DNA of 64,000 nt, from assembly GCA_973895155.1 (NCBI GenBank), contig OZ316896.1, positions 10,737,525 to 10,801,524 on the forward strand, given 5' to 3'. Positions 63,978 to 64,000 of this stretch are shown in pieces. The notes beneath the pieces are model-generated. The model was not told the DNA's origin, did not search any database, and saw only the letters and a program-made list of their open reading frames with translations. Each line of letters opens with the position of its first letter. Within the stretch, counting starts at the first letter, position 1. Made by a program: the position numbers and the translations under genes. The DNA comes from Marsupella aquatica (taxonomy: Eukaryota; Plantae; Marchantiophyta).

Positions 63978-64000
63978 AACTGGTCCTAAAAGGAACCTTA

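Larger units (their letters stand above)
53400..64000 (-). mobile_element. Large cargo-bearing mobile element (class unknown), truncated by the window end
   Basis: Abrupt switch to wall-to-wall co-oriented ORFs. Ulp1 protease is typical transposon or virus cargo. A private dyad motif recurs, and nonsense decay is heavy. No transposase is visible. Confidence 0.6.

Noticed and set aside
53400-64000. Firm call as an endogenous giant virus (NCLDV) or bacterial contamination
   Set aside because: No capsid, PolB, packaging ATPase or primase is in the window. GT-AG introns and plant-style F-box/NIF motifs are present. Viral origin stays open but unsupported.

Overview
Eukaryotic nuclear DNA, inferred to be from a non-seed land plant (short GT-AG introns, plant-type ERD15/GT34/GT92 genes, CRE-like LINE relics). 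From 1 to ~52 kb the window is repeat-rich. It holds a solo-LTR-like element with a 5-bp TSD, MITEs with 8-bp TSDs, decayed CRE-like LINEs, PIF/Harbinger relics and a ~147-bp tandem array. Host genes here are an ERD15/PAM2 gene, a 5-exon GT34-like gene, and a multi-exon membrane-protein gene interrupted by an intronless GT92 ORF. The standout is 53.4-64 kb, a compact, co-oriented minus-strand cassette that runs off the window. It carries three tandem F-box-like ORFs, then one large spliced but decayed gene (ParB/DGQHR-like domain, degenerate beta-class N6/N4 DNA-methyltransferase-like domain, acidic and coiled-coil repeats, Ulp1/C48 protease), then three FCP1/NIF-like phosphatase domains. About 11 copies of an 18-bp dyad, SACGCG-N6-CGCGTS, sit in its introns and spacers. 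I infer this is cargo of a large mobile element (transposon or endogenous virus-like) with its own cis-motif. No transposase or viral hallmark gene is visible here. All family assignments come from reading motifs by eye, not from database searches.
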